A DNA stretch of 32,837 bases from Gaiellaceae bacterium (GCA_036741295.1 DAINSN010000001.1:1-32837); one strand, 5' to 3'. Positions 24,725 through 32,760 are shown, counted from the stretch's first letter. Numbers and translations: made by a program. Notes: generated from the letters alone by a model not told the origin.

Positions 24725-25066
24725 CTAGGCTTGGAAACGCGTCGGCTTGACGCGCTGCCGCGCAAGAAAGCGGTCGACCGCGTCACGATGAACGCGGAGG
24801 ACACGGCCGACGCGTACCGCATCGAGCCTGCCGTCGTGGATCAGCCGCCTGACGGTCTCGGGGTGCACACCCAGCTGATCCGCCACCTCGCGAACGCTGA
24901 CGAGCCCGGGCTCTCCGCCTGCAGAAGACACGATCACTGCGAAGCCTTGCAGGTCCTCCGGCCACGCGCATGGGCCGGCGCGCCTCGCTCCGAACGGCTC
25001 GTCGAAGAGCCACAGCCTGCCGCCAACGCAGTCAGCGCAAGGGCGGCGAGCAAAGCGCGCACGCAT
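24725..25066 (-). CDS. Excisionase-family (MerR-superfamily Xis-type) HTH DNA-binding protein
   Basis: The C-terminal 60 aa read LVSVREVADQLGVHPETVRRLIHDGRLDAVRVGRVLRVHRDAVDRFLA, a typical 'DNA binding domain, excisionase family' sequence. ATG 25066 lies 4 nt after the stop of the 37-codon ORF. A shorter version starting at GTG 24937 (70 aa) is possible. Confidence 0.7.
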   Translation of the reverse strand: MRARFARRPCADCVGGRLWLFDEPFGARRAGPCAWPEDLQGFAVIVSSAGGEPGLVSVREVADQLGVHPETVRRLIHDGRLDAVRVGRVLRVHRDAVDRFLARQRVKPTRFQA

Positions 25067-25070
25067 TCAT

Positions 25071-25184
25071 CTAGATCTCTCCGCCGTCGTGGTTTCCGTC
25101 AGGCAAGAAACTCAGTGCCGGCAGCAGAGCGGTAAAGATGAGGACTGCGAAGACCGCGAAATAGATCAGTCGAGCCTTGGACAT
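25071..25184 (-). CDS. Unlisted 37-aa ORF: signal-peptide-like small protein, candidate secreted propeptide
   Basis: My own translation gives ATG 25184 ... TAG 25073..25071 = MSKARLIYFAVFAVLIFTALLPALSFLPDGNHDGGEI. It is preceded by AAAGGAGGTG (GGAGG at 25197..25193, 8-nt spacer). GC3 is about 69%. It lies 27 nt downstream of the XRE/TPR gene stop and is below the length cut-off of the ORF track. Confidence 0.55.
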   Translation of the reverse strand: MSKARLIYFAVFAVLIFTALLPALSFLPDGNHDGGEI

Positions 25185-25211
25185 GTGGTTCACCTCCTTT
25201 CGAAAGATGGT

Positions 25212-26585
25212 TTAGAAGCGGACGTCTTGCAGGGCGTCGGCGGCCTGGCGGTAGAGCCGGGCGGCATTCCGATCGTCACCACGCCTCGCAGCGAGATCGC
25301 CCTGGGCGACCCACGCCGACGCACGGTGGCTCCCGGACGAGAGTTGGTCGTACGCGCGCTCGCCGGCCTGGAAGGCAACGTCGGCCTCGTCGAGCCGATC
25401 CTGCTCGAGCAACGACCGGCCCAGCACGAGCTGGGCGTTGCCGATTTCACTCATCTCGTCGACACGGTCGCCGAGCAGCTCGAGCGCATACCGCGCCTGC
25501 TCCTCGGCCCGCTTGATCTCGCCGGTGCGCAGGTGAACCTGGGCGATGCCGTTGACCGCGTGTGCGGCCTCCGCGTCGTTTCCGACTTCTAGGGCGATGC
25601 GAACTGCGTCTTTGAGGAAATCCACGGCCTCCTCGGGATGGCCGAGCAGGAAGTTGATCCCGCCCAGGTTGTTCAGCAGCCGGCCGAGGTTGCCGCGGTC
25701 CGAAAGCTCCTCGTATGCCGCCTTGGCGCGCTCTGCGTAGGAGCGCGCGAGTACCCAGTGGCCCTCGCGGTCGGCGATGATCGACGCCTGGAAGTAGACG
25801 TCGGCGGCCGTGCGCTTGTCGTTCAGGCCCTCGGCCAGCTCGAGTGCGCGTTCGACGTCCTCGCGAGCAGCCTCGAGATCGCGGCGCCGGCGATAGCACC
25901 GCGAGCGCCACGCAAGGATGTTCGAGCGGAGCTGATCTGACGGAATCTCCGAGCGCTCGGCCAGCTTGAGCGCCTCGTCGAACAGGCCGATCGCCGTCTG
26001 GATGCTGTTGAGCTTGTAGCGGGCGACGCCGAGCCGGAAGAGCACGTCGGCGCGCTCGACGTCCGAGAAAGACGTGCCCTCGCAGAGCGCGCGCGCCCGT
26101 TCGAGCAGAGCGATCGCCTCGCGGACCTCGCCGCGACGCATGCGTACGGTTGCCTCGCCGGAGAGCGCACGCGACTCGAGCTCCTGCATGCCGGTGGCCA
26201 GCACCGCAGAGCGGATGCCCTCGAACTCCTCGAGCGCCTCATCGTTCCGGCGCGCCTCGAGCAGCGCCTCCGCGCGCGCAAGCGCCGCATCGACGCGTCC
26301 GCGCTCGTCGGCAGAAACGCCGTTGGCCAGAAAACTTGCGTCTACGCCCAGCCGCTGTGCGAGCCAGTCGATCGTCTCGCGCGTGGGACGGGTCTTGCCG
26401 CGTTCGATCTGGCTCACGTACTCCTTCGAGAACCGATCGCCCGCCAGGTCCGTCTGGGTCATCGAGGCGGCGACGCGAAGCTGGCGCAGGCGTTCGCCGA
26501 GTCTCAGCCCGGCCTGAGCGGCAGAGGCCCGCTGTTGCTGACGGATGGCGGTCGAGTCAGACACGTGCGGCTTAGTAGACGACAT
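25212..26585 (-). CDS. XRE-family HTH transcriptional regulator with a long TPR domain (paralogue 2)
   Basis: 457-aa ORF. The HTH reads LGERLRQLRVAASMTQTDLAGDRFSKEYVSQIERGKTRPTRETIDWLAQRLGV. Repeated TPR-like helix pairs follow (e.g. ADVLFRLGVARYKLNSIQTAIGLFDEALKLAE, AADVYFQASIIADREGHWVLARSYAERA, LLNNLGGINFLLGHPEEAVDFLKDAVRIA). Confidence 0.85.
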   Translation of the reverse strand: MSSTKPHVSDSTAIRQQQRASAAQAGLRLGERLRQLRVAASMTQTDLAGDRFSKEYVSQIERGKTRPTRETIDWLAQRLGVDASFLANGVSADERGRVDAALARAEALLEARRNDEALEEFEGIRSAVLATGMQELESRALSGEATVRMRRGEVREAIALLERARALCEGTSFSDVERADVLFRLGVARYKLNSIQTAIGLFDEALKLAERSEIPSDQLRSNILAWRSRCYRRRRDLEAAREDVERALELAEGLNDKRTAADVYFQASIIADREGHWVLARSYAERAKAAYEELSDRGNLGRLLNNLGGINFLLGHPEEAVDFLKDAVRIALEVGNDAEAAHAVNGIAQVHLRTGEIKRAEEQARYALELLGDRVDEMSEIGNAQLVLGRSLLEQDRLDEADVAFQAGERAYDQLSSGSHRASAWVAQGDLAARRGDDRNAARLYRQAADALQDVRF

Positions 26586-26651
26586 ACTTCACAAAACTTC
26601 AACCTGTCCTTTCGGGCATCCCCCAAAAAGGTCATGTTCGGGCCGGAAACC

Positions 26652-26696
26652 TGTCAAGTAAGCCTAACTCAAATCACTTGACCTAGCTACTTGACA
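26652..26696. promoter_or_regulatory. Three ACTTGAC motifs, including a 9-bp inverted pair (candidate operator and/or divergent -35 elements)
   Basis: TGTCAAGTA at 26652..26660 is the exact reverse complement of TACTTGACA at 26688..26696. A third copy, CACTTGACC, sits at 26675..26683. All three lie in the intergenic region upstream of regulator paralogue 2. Confidence 0.45.
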
Positions 26697-26719
26697 TGCC
26701 CCGAGAAGCCTCCTAGAGT
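26691..26719 (+). promoter_or_regulatory. Near-consensus housekeeping-sigma promoter on the + strand
   Basis: The -35 is TTGACA (26691..26696), the spacer is exactly 17 nt, and the -10 is TAGAGT (26714..26719, TANNNT). The predicted TSS is near A26726. Confidence 0.6.
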
Positions 26720-26725
26720 GAGGCC

Positions 26726-26898
26726 AGCTTGCAACCGAGCCAGACGCCAGGGTCGGCTGCAGGAGGCACTTCACCAGGTGGGATCCGCAAGGGGCGTGGC
26801 TGGGCCGCAGAGCCAAGTCCCAGGGAGACCGCCACACAGGGCGGAGTCGCCTAAAAGGAATCGACCCCCGGAGCCGCAGCCGGGGGTCTTCCTCTTTT
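26726..26898 (+). ncRNA. Candidate ~170-nt small RNA of unknown family (promoter-to-terminator unit with no credible ORF)
   Basis: It is bounded by the promoter above and the intrinsic terminator at 26863..26898. Internal hairpins lie at 26731..26760, 26797..26815 and 26829..26844. The only in-frame start candidates lead into a read-through ORF antisense to the MFS gene, beyond the terminator. Confidence 0.45.
26863..26898. terminator. Bidirectional intrinsic terminator
   Basis: GACCCCCGG-AGCCGCAG-CCGGGGGTC is a 9-bp GC stem (26863..26888), followed by TTCCTCTTTT on the + strand. On the - strand the same hairpin is followed by GATTCCTTTTAG, immediately after the MFS stop codon (26898..26900). 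Confidence 0.7.
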
Positions 26899-28349
26899 CA
26901 GGGCCGGTTCACCTCGATGCCGAGGGCCGGTTCCGCGGCGCCTTCGTGGCGGGGCAGCCGGCGGACCGTTGTGACCGAGATGATCGCGCCCACGAGAACG
27001 AGTGCGGCGCCGAGGTGGACTGCTCGGTGATAGCCGCCGACGAACTCGCCTCGCCACAGGGGATCCGTCGGCGGGACGCTGACGCGCGTGGCCACGAGGG
27101 CGCCCATGATCGCGATCCCGAGCGAGCCGCCGACCTGGCGCATGCTGTTGATCACCGCAGAGCCCACACCCGCCTTCGTCACAGGAACGGAGCCCATCGC
27201 CGCGGCGGTCGTCGGCGCCATCGTGACGGCCATCCCGACGCCGCCCACGAGCAGGCCCGGGAGGATGTTCCAGAAAGACGAGCTCGCGTCCAGCGTCCCG
27301 AAGAGAACCAGCGACAGCGCGAGCAGGGACATCCCCGCCCCCATCAACCAGCGCGCGCCGATCCGGTCGGAGAACCTGCCTGCGGCCGGAGCGACGAGGA
27401 TGATCAGGACGGTCATCGGGAGGAACGTCGCGCCGGTCTCGATCGCGCTGTAGCCGAGGACGCGCTGCAGCAAGAGCGAGTTGTAGAAGAAGATCCCGAA
27501 CATCGCGAGCCCGACGAGCAGCATCGCGGCGTTGGCGCCGACGAACGTCGAATTCCGGAACAACGAGAGGTCGAGCATGGGCAGACGCTGGCGCAGCTCG
27601 AGCAACACGAAGGCGATCAGGGCCACCAGTGCGATGGCGAACAGCATCAGGACACGCGTCGACGTCCACGCGTGATCGTTCGTCTCGATCAATCCGTACG
27701 TGAGGGCGAAGAGGCCGGCCCCCGAGGTGATCAGGCCTGGTAAGTCGAGCCTCTGCTCCAGCGACGTGTCCTTCGTTTCGTCGATGAAGACTCGCGCCGC
27801 AACCACGCCGAGCACGCCGACGGGAATGTTGATGAAAAAGATCCAGCTCCAGCTGACCTTCTCCGTCAGCAGGCCGCCCACGATCGGGCCGATCGCGAGC
27901 GCAAGCGCAGAGACGCCGGCCCAGATGCCGATCGCTGTCCCTCGCTGTCGCGGCGGGAAGGTCGCGGTGATGATCGACAGCGTCGCGGGGTTCATCAACG
28001 CAGCGCCTACACCCTGCACAGTGCGTGCAGCGATGAGCGACCCCGCACCGCCCGCGAGGCCGCACCACAGCGACGCGCCGGTGAAGATCACAAGGCCCGC
28101 GATGAAGATCGCCCGGCGGCCGAGCAGGTCGGCGAGCTTCCCGCCGGTGAGAAGCAGCACCCCGAACGTGAGGGCGTAGGCGTTCACGACCCATTCGAGC
28201 TCCGAGATGCCGATGCCGAGGTCCTTCTGGATCGACGGCAGCGCCACGTTCACGACCGTGTTGTCGAGCATGATCATGAACAGCCCGACCGAGACCGCAA
28301 CGAGCGTCCACCACTTTCGGTTCTCAGGCGTGAAGAGCCGAGCACGCAT
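26898..28349 (-). CDS. MFS transporter, DHA2 (EmrB/QacA, 14-TMS) drug:H+ antiporter family
   Basis: 483-aa ORF. LDNTVVNVALPSIQKDLG, GKLADLLGRRAIF and WSWIFFINIPVG are typical DHA2 signatures, with about 14 hydrophobic spans. Confidence 0.9.
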   Translation of the reverse strand: MRARLFTPENRKWWTLVAVSVGLFMIMLDNTVVNVALPSIQKDLGIGISELEWVVNAYALTFGVLLLTGGKLADLLGRRAIFIAGLVIFTGASLWCGLAGGAGSLIAARTVQGVGAALMNPATLSIITATFPPRQRGTAIGIWAGVSALALAIGPIVGGLLTEKVSWSWIFFINIPVGVLGVVAARVFIDETKDTSLEQRLDLPGLITSGAGLFALTYGLIETNDHAWTSTRVLMLFAIALVALIAFVLLELRQRLPMLDLSLFRNSTFVGANAAMLLVGLAMFGIFFYNSLLLQRVLGYSAIETGATFLPMTVLIILVAPAAGRFSDRIGARWLMGAGMSLLALSLVLFGTLDASSSFWNILPGLLVGGVGMAVTMAPTTAAAMGSVPVTKAGVGSAVINSMRQVGGSLGIAIMGALVATRVSVPPTDPLWRGEFVGGYHRAVHLGAALVLVGAIISVTTVRRLPRHEGAAEPALGIEVNRP

Positions 28350-28384
28350 CCCGGAAAGGTTAAAGGACGCTCCCCGCCCTACGT

Positions 28385-28402
28385 CGTACGGCTACCCGTA
28401 CG
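28385..28402. promoter_or_regulatory. 7-4-7 inverted repeat in the MFS / acyl-CoA synthetase divergent intergenic region (candidate operator)
   Basis: CGTACGG-CTAC-CCGTACG, verified base by base. It lies 9 nt upstream of the GTG at 28411. Confidence 0.3.
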
Positions 28403-28410
28403 CTTCGCGC

Positions 28411-30342
28411 GTGTCCGACTTCATCTGGAGCCCGACCGCCGAGGACGTCGAGAGCGCGAACGTGACCAGGCTCGCGCGCAGCCTCGGCGTCGAGCGCTAC
28501 GGGGATCTCCACCGCATTTCGGTCGAGGAACCGGAGCGCTTCTGGCCCGCCGTGATCGAGGATCTCGGGCTCGAGTTCTCCGAGCCCTGGAAACACGTGG
28601 TGGACACGACTCGCGGCAACGAGTGGGCCACCTGGTTCACGGGTGGCAAGCTTAATCTCGCCTGGAACTGCGTCCACAAGTGGGCCGCCGGCGAGCTCGC
28701 TGAAGAGGACGCCGCGATCTGGCAGGGCGAGGACGGGACCCGGAGCTCTCTCACCTGGCGCGAGCTTTCCGCTGAGGTCTTCCGCCTCGCCGAAGGGCTC
28801 GCGTCGATCGGCATCGGCGAAGGCGATGCGGTCGGGATCTTCCTGCCGATGTCGCCCCAGGTCGCGATCGCCTCGCACGCCTGCGCGCACCTGGGCGCCG
28901 TCCAGGTGCCGATCTTCTCCGGCTTCGCCGCTCCGGCGATCGCGGCGCGACTCGCGGACGCGAAGGCCAAGGCGCTGATCACGGCCGACGGGTCACTCCG
29001 GCGAGGCCAGATGATGCCGATGAAGCAGATCGCCGACGAGGCGCTCGAATCGGCGGCGACAGTCACCCACACGGTCGTGTGGCGACGCCTCGGGCTCGAC
29101 GTGCCGATGACGCTCGGACGCGACCGCTTCTGGGACGAGCTCGTCGACGGCACGTCCGGGGACCTGGCCCCGAAGCAGGTCGATTCCGAGCATCCCTACC
29201 TGCTCGCGTACACGTCGGGGACGACCGGGAAGCCGAAGGGCGCGCTGCACGTCCAGGGCGGGTTCCTCGTGTCGATCGCGCGCGAGGTTGCGTACCAGAC
29301 GAACGTCAAGCCCGGCGACCGCATCCATTTCGCCACGGACATGGGTTGGATCATGGGCCCGTGGACGGTGGTCGGCGGCGGCGCGTCTGGGGCGACCGTC
29401 GTGTACGCGGAAGGCGCGCCGGATTTTCCGGCGGACCGCATCTGGAAGCTGATCGAGTCCGAGCGCGTGACGATGCTCGGTGTCTCCCCGACGCTGGTTC
29501 GCGCTCTGATCCCCAAGGGCGACCCGCAAGCCGACATGTCCACGCTGAAGGCGATCTGCACGACGGGCGAACCCTGGAACCGCGATCCGTACCACTGGCT
29601 ATTCGAGAAGGTCGGCGGCAACACCACGCCGATCGTGAACTGCTCGGGCGGCACCGAGGTCGGGGCGTGCTTCCTCACCACCTGCTTGACCGAGCCCGTG
29701 AAGCCAGTCGCGCTCGGCTTCCCGGCGCTCGGACAGGACATGGACGTGTTCGGACCGGACGGCGCGTCTTTGCGCGGCGAAGTCGGGGAGCTCGTCTGCA
29801 AACGGCCGTGGCCCGGAATGACCCGCGGCGTCTGGGGCGACAACGAGCGCTACCTCGACGCGTACTGGCGACGCTTTCCGGGAGTCTGGACGCACGGCGA
29901 CTGGGCGTCGATCGACGAAGACGGCTACTGGTTCCTGCACGGCCGCTCAGACGACACGCTCAACATCGCGGGCAAGCGAATCGGCCCGGCGGAGCTCGAG
30001 TCGGCGGCAGTCGCGCACGGTGCGGTCGCCGAAGCCGCGGCGATCGGGATCCCGCACGAGGTGAAGGGCGAGGTCGCGTGGATCTTCTGCGTGCTCAAGC
30101 CCGGCAACGAGGCGACCCCGGATCGCGCGCTCGAGATTTCGGCCGCCGTGACCGACGAGCTCGGGAAAGCCTTCAGGCCGGAGCGGATCGTCTTCGTCTC
30201 GGCGCTCCCGAAGACCCGCAGCGCGAAGATCGTCCGGCGGGCGGTGCGGGCCCGTGTCCTGGGCTCAGAGCTCGGCGACCTCTCCTCGGTGGAGAACCCG
30301 GAAGCCCTCGACGAGATCGCCGAGGCCGTCGGCCGCCCCTGA
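28411..30342 (+). CDS. AMP-forming acyl-CoA synthetase (acetate/short-chain acid-CoA ligase family)
   Basis: GTG 28411. The AMP-binding motif is YTSGTTGKPKG. Also present are TGEPWN, the HGRSDDTLNIAGKRIGPAELE hinge and LPKTRSAKIVRR. The first 68 codons of the track ORF cross the divergent MFS start and are not coding-like. Confidence 0.85.
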   Translation: MSDFIWSPTAEDVESANVTRLARSLGVERYGDLHRISVEEPERFWPAVIEDLGLEFSEPWKHVVDTTRGNEWATWFTGGKLNLAWNCVHKWAAGELAEEDAAIWQGEDGTRSSLTWRELSAEVFRLAEGLASIGIGEGDAVGIFLPMSPQVAIASHACAHLGAVQVPIFSGFAAPAIAARLADAKAKALITADGSLRRGQMMPMKQIADEALESAATVTHTVVWRRLGLDVPMTLGRDRFWDELVDGTSGDLAPKQVDSEHPYLLAYTSGTTGKPKGALHVQGGFLVSIAREVAYQTNVKPGDRIHFATDMGWIMGPWTVVGGGASGATVVYAEGAPDFPADRIWKLIESERVTMLGVSPTLVRALIPKGDPQADMSTLKAICTTGEPWNRDPYHWLFEKVGGNTTPIVNCSGGTEVGACFLTTCLTEPVKPVALGFPALGQDMDVFGPDGASLRGEVGELVCKRPWPGMTRGVWGDNERYLDAYWRRFPGVWTHGDWASIDEDGYWFLHGRSDDTLNIAGKRIGPAELESAAVAHGAVAEAAAIGIPHEVKGEVAWIFCVLKPGNEATPDRALEISAAVTDELGKAFRPERIVFVSALPKTRSAKIVRRAVRARVLGSELGDLSSVENPEALDEIAEAVGRP

Positions 30343-30452
30343 GTTTTCCGCTTCTCGACGCATACGCGTACGAAAAACGGACCTGAATGTAAATTTCGGG
30401 GCAGGAGTGCGCAGGATCCACTCCGAAGGGGCATCTAGTTCATCGACCGCGC

Positions 30453-30998
30453 ATGGTGGTAGCCGTCACCCTCACCGCGATCGTTTTTGGCTTGGCCGCG
30501 CCGTCGGGAGTAGCGCCACAAGCTTCCGATTCGTCTGCGTTGGCAGCCGTGGCTTCGTCGTGCTCCGGGGCGACGACCGCTGCCGGGGACGAGCACTCGC
30601 GGCTCGAGGCGATGTATTGCGGCATCAACGTCGTGCGACGCGCCTACGGCCTCCCGTTCGTCAAGGGCAACGTCCCGCTCAACCGGTCCTCCCTCCTGAA
30701 GGCCGATGCCGTGCGCCGTTGCGGCTTCACGCACACGCCCTGCGGGATGGCTTTCTCACGGACGTTCAAGAAAGCCGGCTACCTCCCGGCCCGCGCGTTC
30801 GGCGAGAACCTCGCCTGGGGGCAGGGCGAGCTCGGCTCGCCGGTGGGGACGCTCCAGCTCTGGCTCAACTCGCCACCCCATCGCAGGAACCTGATGGCGC
30901 GCCGCTGGCGAGACCTCGGGATCGCGTTCGAGCGGGGCCACATGTTCGGCCGCAACGGGGTCGCCCTCTGGGTGATGCAGTTCGGCCGGCGTCACTGA
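30453..30998 (+). CDS. Secreted CAP/SCP/PR1-like (YkwD-type) domain protein
   Basis: 181-aa ORF with a hydrophobic N-terminus MVVAVTLTAIVFGLAAP. The CAP signatures are GENLAWGQ and WLNSPPHRRNLM. No clear SD is present. Confidence 0.75.
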   Translation: MVVAVTLTAIVFGLAAPSGVAPQASDSSALAAVASSCSGATTAAGDEHSRLEAMYCGINVVRRAYGLPFVKGNVPLNRSSLLKADAVRRCGFTHTPCGMAFSRTFKKAGYLPARAFGENLAWGQGELGSPVGTLQLWLNSPPHRRNLMARRWRDLGIAFERGHMFGRNGVALWVMQFGRRH

Positions 30999-31038
30999 TA
31001 GTTTTCGACTGAGAGGCGGAAACAGCTAGACTGAGGCC

Positions 31039-32760
31039 GTGCGGCTCGCACTGGCCCAGATCAACCCGGTCGTCGGCGATCTCGAGGGAAACCGCAGGCT
31101 GATCCTCGAGTGGCTCGCCGAGGCGAAGGGCAAGGCCGCCGACCTCATCGTCTTCCCGGAGCTGGCGGTGACCGGCTACCCGCCGGAGGACCTCCTGCTC
31201 CGCCCCGGGTTCATCCGCGCTGCAGAGGAGTCCGTGGAGAAGATCGCGCGCGAGGCACGAGGCGCAACCGTCCTCGTCGGCGCGCCCCACTTCGACCGCG
31301 ACCTCTACAACGCCTGTTACGTCTGCTCCGCCGGGGAGGTCAAGGCGGTGTACCGCAAGCGCTTCTTGCCGAACTACGGCGTCTTCGACGAAGACCGCTA
31401 TTTCGCGCCGGGTCGTGACCTGATTCTGCTCGAGCACGGCAAGACCCTCGTCGGCCCAACTGTCTGCGAGGACATGTGGCAGCCGGGGCCACCCGCGACC
31501 GATCTCGCCCTGGCCGGGGCAGAGCTGCTCGTCAACATCTCGGCGTCGCCTTTCTACGTCGGGCGGCCGGACGAGCGCGAGGAGATGTTCGTGACGCGCG
31601 CGCGCGACAACTCGTGTTTCGTCGCGTTCTGCAACACGGTTGGCGGGCAGGACGAGCTGATCTTCGACGGTCACTCGTGCGTGCTCGACGACGAGGGGAA
31701 CGTGCTGGCACGCGCACCTGGTTTCGAGGAAGCGCTCCTGGTCGTCGACGTCGAGCCGCAGGAAGTGATCGGGCGCCGTCTGAGCGACGTGCGCCGCCGC
31801 GCCCTTGCGCGCGAACGCGAGCAGGTCCCGCCCGTCGAGACCATCCATATCGGGTCTCCCGGGCCGTCCAGCAACGGCAGCAAAGCCGTCGGCGAGATCG
31901 TCCCGTTCGTCGACGAGATCGAGCAGATGCGGCGCGCGCTCGAGCTCGGGCTGGGCGACTACGTCGGCAAGAACGGGTTCCAGGAAGTGGTCGTCGGCGT
32001 GTCGGGAGGGATCGACTCGGCGGTGACCGCCGCCCTCGCGGCGGAGACACTCGGCCCGGAGCACGTGCACTGCGTCTCGATGCCGTCCCGCTACTCGTCA
32101 GAAGGGACGCGCACCGACGCCCGCCGGCTTGCCGAGAGCCTCGGCTGCCCGTTCATGGAGATCCCGATCGGCAAGATCGTCGACGCATTCGGAGAGGCGC
32201 TCGAGGAAGCGTTCGCCGGGACCGAGCCCGATCTGGCGGAGGAGAACATCCAGGCCCGGGCTCGCGGCGTCCTGCTGATGGCGCTGTCGAACAAGTTCGG
32301 CTGGATGCTCGTCGCGACCGGCAACAAATCGGAGCTCTCGGTCGGGTACGCGACCCTCTACGGCGACATGGCGGGCGGCTTCGCCCTCTTGAAGGACGTC
32401 TACAAGACTGACGTCTTCCATCTCGCGCGCTACCTCAACGAGAGAACAGGTCGCGAGCTGATTCCGCAGAGCATCATCGACCGCGCGCCGAGCGCCGAGC
32501 TGCGCGACGACCAGCTCGACGAGGATTCGCTGCCGCCGTACCCGAAGCTCGACGAGGTGCTGGAGCAATACGTGGAGCACGACCGCACGCTCGAGGAGCT
32601 GTCGGGTGACGGCTTCGACCGCGACGTCGTCGAACGGGCGGTCGCGATGGTCGATCGCGCGGAGTACAAGCGGCGGCAGGCGCCGCCAGGCGTGAAGCTG
32701 CGACCGAAGGCCTTCGGCCGCGACCGACGGACACCCATCACCAACCGCTGGCGCGGTTGA
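31039..32760 (+). CDS. nadE: Glutamine-dependent NAD+ synthetase (nitrilase-like glutaminase domain plus NAD synthetase domain)
   Basis: 573-aa ORF with a GTG start preceded by GAGG. The CN-hydrolase domain carries FPELAVTGY, KRFLPNYGVFDE and the Cys-region VCEDMW. The synthetase domain carries the SGGIDS P-loop. Confidence 0.9.
   Translation: MRLALAQINPVVGDLEGNRRLILEWLAEAKGKAADLIVFPELAVTGYPPEDLLLRPGFIRAAEESVEKIAREARGATVLVGAPHFDRDLYNACYVCSAGEVKAVYRKRFLPNYGVFDEDRYFAPGRDLILLEHGKTLVGPTVCEDMWQPGPPATDLALAGAELLVNISASPFYVGRPDEREEMFVTRARDNSCFVAFCNTVGGQDELIFDGHSCVLDDEGNVLARAPGFEEALLVVDVEPQEVIGRRLSDVRRRALAREREQVPPVETIHIGSPGPSSNGSKAVGEIVPFVDEIEQMRRALELGLGDYVGKNGFQEVVVGVSGGIDSAVTAALAAETLGPEHVHCVSMPSRYSSEGTRTDARRLAESLGCPFMEIPIGKIVDAFGEALEEAFAGTEPDLAEENIQARARGVLLMALSNKFGWMLVATGNKSELSVGYATLYGDMAGGFALLKDVYKTDVFHLARYLNERTGRELIPQSIIDRAPSAELRDDQLDEDSLPPYPKLDEVLEQYVEHDRTLEELSGDGFDRDVVERAVAMVDRAEYKRRQAPPGVKLRPKAFGRDRRTPITNRWRG

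Noticed and set aside
24725-25066. Excisionase-family gene as a marker of a prophage or integrative element
   Set aside because: No integrase, recombinase, attachment-site-like direct repeats, tRNA target or phage structural genes occur in the window. Flanking genes are ordinary metabolic genes with the same GC3 style.
26726-26898. Identity of the candidate sRNA as SRP RNA, 6S RNA, tmRNA or a known riboswitch
   Set aside because: It lacks the GGAAGGAAGCAGC SRP domain IV, a long 5'/3' closing stem for 6S, and a tRNA-like end or tag ORF for tmRNA. There is no downstream sense gene for a riboswitch. I kept it only as a family-unknown candidate.
26691-28314. ORFs 26691..27743 (+) and 26851..28314 (-) overlapping the MFS gene
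   Set aside because: These are alternative frames or the antisense strand of the well-supported DHA2 transporter frame (26898..28349). The + ORF would also have to start inside the -35 box and read through an intrinsic terminator.
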